The notes below the pieces were generated by a model. That model saw nothing but the letters and a program-made list of their open reading frames with translations, searched no databases and was not told the origin of the DNA. The translations under genes and the position numbers were made by a program. Shown here in pieces: positions 60,201-64,000 of a stretch of 64,000 nucleotides of DNA. The stretch lies in assembly GCA_963924565.1 (NCBI GenBank), contig OZ004614.1, forward strand, positions 10,664,001-10,728,000, read 5' to 3'. Source of the stretch: Ascidiella aspersa. Lineage: Eukaryota. Each line of letters begins with the position of its first letter. Within the stretch, counting starts at the first letter, position 1.

Positions 60201-61454
60201 CTCATGAATAAAAATGTAAATTTCTCTATATGCACTGGATTACGAAGGGCAACCCTTTTTATGTAATACGTGCTGTGTCTAGCTGCGTAGCATTAAAATC
60301 GATGTCGCATATTTGTTTGAAGTTCTTCGGCGGATTTCCAATTGTCTTAAAAAAAAACTAAACAGCATGAACTTTAAAGTATGCGTCACGGAAAAATTGC
60401 AGAGAACAAACCTATCTGCAAAATAGCACTTTGTTGGATTTTGGTTAAACGTTTTCACCAACGTCAGTTTTGTCTATTTTTTTAAATTATTAAAATACGG
60501 TACAACAGAACTGTAACTCAGACCCTAATAAAATTATTTGAGCAAACATTTAATTAATATTATTTAAACCCACCTATGAAAATCAATAAACCAATATGCC
60601 TCCATCGAAAGTGTGATGACTGCTGACTCAACGACAGGTTTATCTGATATTTGACATTTTATTTAAATACCGATCCCCGATATTTTGGACAACAAGTATC
60701 TCAAACCGATCCGATAGCAAATGACGTCATTAATATGCCCATTAAAGCAAAGTCGATTTAACTTAAACGTTTAAAGGTATTTGTTCCTAGCGACAAATTT
60801 ACCTTTAACAGTAGAACACTCGGTGTCAAAAAGTTTCTATATTACTTTGATAACGGAACAGAACTCTTACCACCCTCGAATCGCGGTACCGGTTTCAATC
60901 CAATATTATCGGATATCCCTGTTCTCAACCAAACCAAGCAAAATTACTATAAGAATTTTGGAAACTCAGGAGTGTAATTACATTACCTTCCAAGTTGACG
61001 CCGTTCGTTGTTGACAAAGGCCTATGTTTTTTGCTTTGGTGAGTTAGCAAGGCAAAGTACGAAATTGACTTGACGCAAACAATCGTTGTGCGCGAAAGAG
61101 TTTCGTTTTGAAAATTCACGACCCCAGCTTGTCGTCCCCTGCATTCTTAAAACGTACAATGTATGGTAAATCGTGCTCAATTATCTACTTGTCCACATTG
61201 ATTACAATGTATGCATGCTTTTTAAAGTTAATTTCTCGGCTTTGATTTGTTAACGAAAGGCTCAGGCTTAACTTACACAACAAAGCTTACTGCTGCTATC
61301 ATCGAGACACGATAATATACCTCGGTTACCAACGAAACCAACGCATCTATGACATGCAGGTATGCACCAAGTCGCTATGCATGCCGGGAGGTCGCGCGGT
61401 TTTATACAACCTATTAAAAAAATTATTTAAATAGTTTTTTGCCATGGCCTTATA

Positions 61455-61597
61455 ATCTTTTTACTCCACATTATTTTCGGTCACAAGAACTAATTAAAGG
61501 GCGCCATGGTATTTAAAAAATAGCATGGCGAGTTTTTAAATACCATGGCGCCCTTTAATTAGTTCTTGTTACCGAAAATAATTTGGAGTAAAAAGAT
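61455..61597. repeat. Palindrome, 65-bp arms (63/65 identical), 13-nt loop
   Basis: Arms 61455-61519 and 61533-61597. Confidence 0.92.
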
Positions 61598-64000
61598 ATG
61601 CAGTAGCAAATGTAACACATCCAACCCTTGGCACCTGCAGCTTATATTTTAAAAACAGCACATCGATCGTGCGTACGATGAAATATCGGAACCTTGTTAC
61701 CTTTAACACGATTTTTAACCCGAAGTGACTCGATCGCAATTTTGGTACAGCACAAAAGCGTGCACAATCAATAACCGGGAAAGCCGTAATTGGCGTCGAT
61801 AAATAACGCTCAATTCTGCCTGTCGTCTATTTACAACCGACTTCACTGTGAAAAGGGCGGGCGTGTTGACGCCGCAACGCAAGCTTACAACTGACAAATA
61901 AGGCGTCCTGGTTTGGAACGGCCTTCAAGCCGCGAGAGGTTAAGAGACCCGCTAAAATCACAAATCACCTTGCTCCCACAGGACTGGGAAGTCGGCTCAG
62001 GTTTTCTCACTTGAAACAAGGTGAGTGAAGAGCATACCACTTGTCAGAGGACAAAATATATCCCCTCGAGTTCTTTTATAATATGCCCTCGATTAAATCG
62101 TCCAAGAAAAGGCAGCATTTATAATATTACTGTTGTTTTTCGCCACTGTAGCCCAAGTCAAAATACAGGCGACCACGGGTGAGCTGTTATAAAACAAGTT
62201 AAGAGCTCACAATGAAGTTACACTGTCTGAACCTGTATGGTCCAAGAAGGTTGCCGTCTTCGCGGGCGAAAAATTATCTGCGTATTATTGGCGGGCCGCT
62301 ACGAAAACGTTAAAAGGTTTATTTAGTAGTTAAACCTGAATTTTGTCAAATCATAATCAAATATGGCCAGGGTTTAATCAAACCTGGCCTCAAAGGTTCA
62401 AATTCAGTTAAATATTAAGCACCAATTTGACCATCAGTAAGCCTGTTTATATGCAAGTTTAAGCCGGATTCGAATCTATTTCGTTAATTCATTCTCTCTC
62501 GTTTTGGCGCTGGAATGAATTAAGTTCTCTTGTTTCTTAATCGGTCAAAAGGAGAGGTTTTCAATTCGTTCGCCGCTTAATCTGTTCGTTTCGCGGACGG
62601 CCTTAGTCGTTTAATGTAGAATGACCTGCTTTAACGCAGTAAACATCACGCTACTTTTGGGTCATTATGATGTAACACGAACGGCTAACGGTAAACAAAA
62701 CAACAAGTTTAGCGCATAAGAAAAGAATAATACATACACTCGTAAGAAAAGAATAATACATACACAGCGCTGGTCTAGAATCCACAAAATCGAAGATCAT
62801 TATTCTATGCCAGCGCCAAATACAGTTTTCATTAGTCATGTTTGGTACATCTTATCACCTTCTTTTGTCCACTCTGCCTTATATATAGCGTTCACCAGCA
62901 CACATAAGCTTAAATTTCCTGCACTTACATTCTGTGTGCCAGGTAAACTGAAGTACTATACAGTCAAAAACGTACTTAATCGGCAAACCTAACTCAAGTA
63001 ATTCTTGTTTTTTTTATCAATTTTAGGTTAATAAAAACGAACAAGCAGCAATAGATTGCTACCGCAAGGAGTAGCCTAAACCGAAAAATCGGTTGTGCGT
63101 CATAAGTTTACTGAAATATTACTTGAAAATGCATATCAGTGAAGTTTGTACACTCAAGCTGGCTTGAACTTCGCGCTATGTAATTACAACGCTGGTACTT
63201 TTCAATCCGGATTAAACCTTAATCTAATCTGCCCGCGAAAGGTGCATATAAACAGGCTTAGTGTTATAAATTTGTTATGTACTCTTAGGTACCCTTTCGT
63301 AAAAAGTGCACCCCGTGGCCTCATACATGTTTTGGTACATCCTTAGTTTCACCGTGCATGCACATGAACTGAAGAGTACTGATCTACCTCATGCATATAT
63401 ATCAGTCTAAATATACTTCAAATTACAGGTCGAATTAAATTACATTTTGTTTGGCAACACTAAAACATTTGATCTCATCTCTTTCGCGACTTCGGCCCAA
63501 TCTGACGTTGATAATAATAATTTTATAGGGTGCAAATTACTGACTCTGCTGAAACTGTAATTACTTTAACCAAACTTTAACACAGCACGATATCAGTTAT
63601 CAAATGGAAAATAAAGCATTAAATATAACTTATTTTTGCAAAACAACCTTTCTTATAGCAGTCAATCGTGAGCTTTTTTGGTAAAAACATTCAAACTTTT
63701 ACACAACCTCACTATTTTTTGGGCGATTTAGCAACAAAATAATACACCGGCGGGTTGACGTCGTTTACTAAATAGTTACTTTCTGTAATAATATGTTATA
63801 GACGATTTAGGAACGCAATATAGAGTTCTCCGAAACGCACAATTTAACGGAGTGTATTGTTGGACATGGTTCGACGAAAACGAACTTTTCACAACAGTAT
63901 TTGGTGCGTATCGGAAAAGCCAAAGCAGACAACTGGGGAAATTTGTTGGAAACTACCCGTTTCTCACGTAGCTTGCGGCTGGCAAACCGGCTTCATTGCG

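Overview
Eukaryotic (animal) genomic DNA: AT-rich, with GT-AG introns and many MITEs. An invertebrate chordate or other deuterostome is my guess, not proven. Four protein-coding genes were assembled by hand from splice sites and exon phases. (1) The last exon of a polyQ/Ser-rich protein (<3-1160, +). (2) A 5'-incomplete gene with at least 7 exons that the ORF track largely misses (10456-18794, +); it is disordered and charged, ending in a ~100-aa putative Tudor/SH3-like barrel. (3) A 3-exon, 464-aa class A neuropeptide GPCR, most like QRFP/NPFF-type receptors (24038-27156, +). (4) An 11-exon, 561-aa synaptotagmin-15-like gene (53806-28975, -). Non-coding DNA holds many hAT-type MITEs, a Tc1/mariner relic, a LINE 3' relic, tandem repeats and long palindromes. 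Two signals stand out. First, at least three short repeat families carry minimal type I hammerhead-ribozyme-like motifs; two of them are head-to-head palindromes with the motif at the apex (Penelope-like architecture), and one sits nested in a MITE with a target-site duplication. Second, a 438-bp element has a central tRNA-like cloverleaf, 85-bp direct terminal repeats and a 13-bp TSD. No searches or folding programs were run; all alignments were done by eye.
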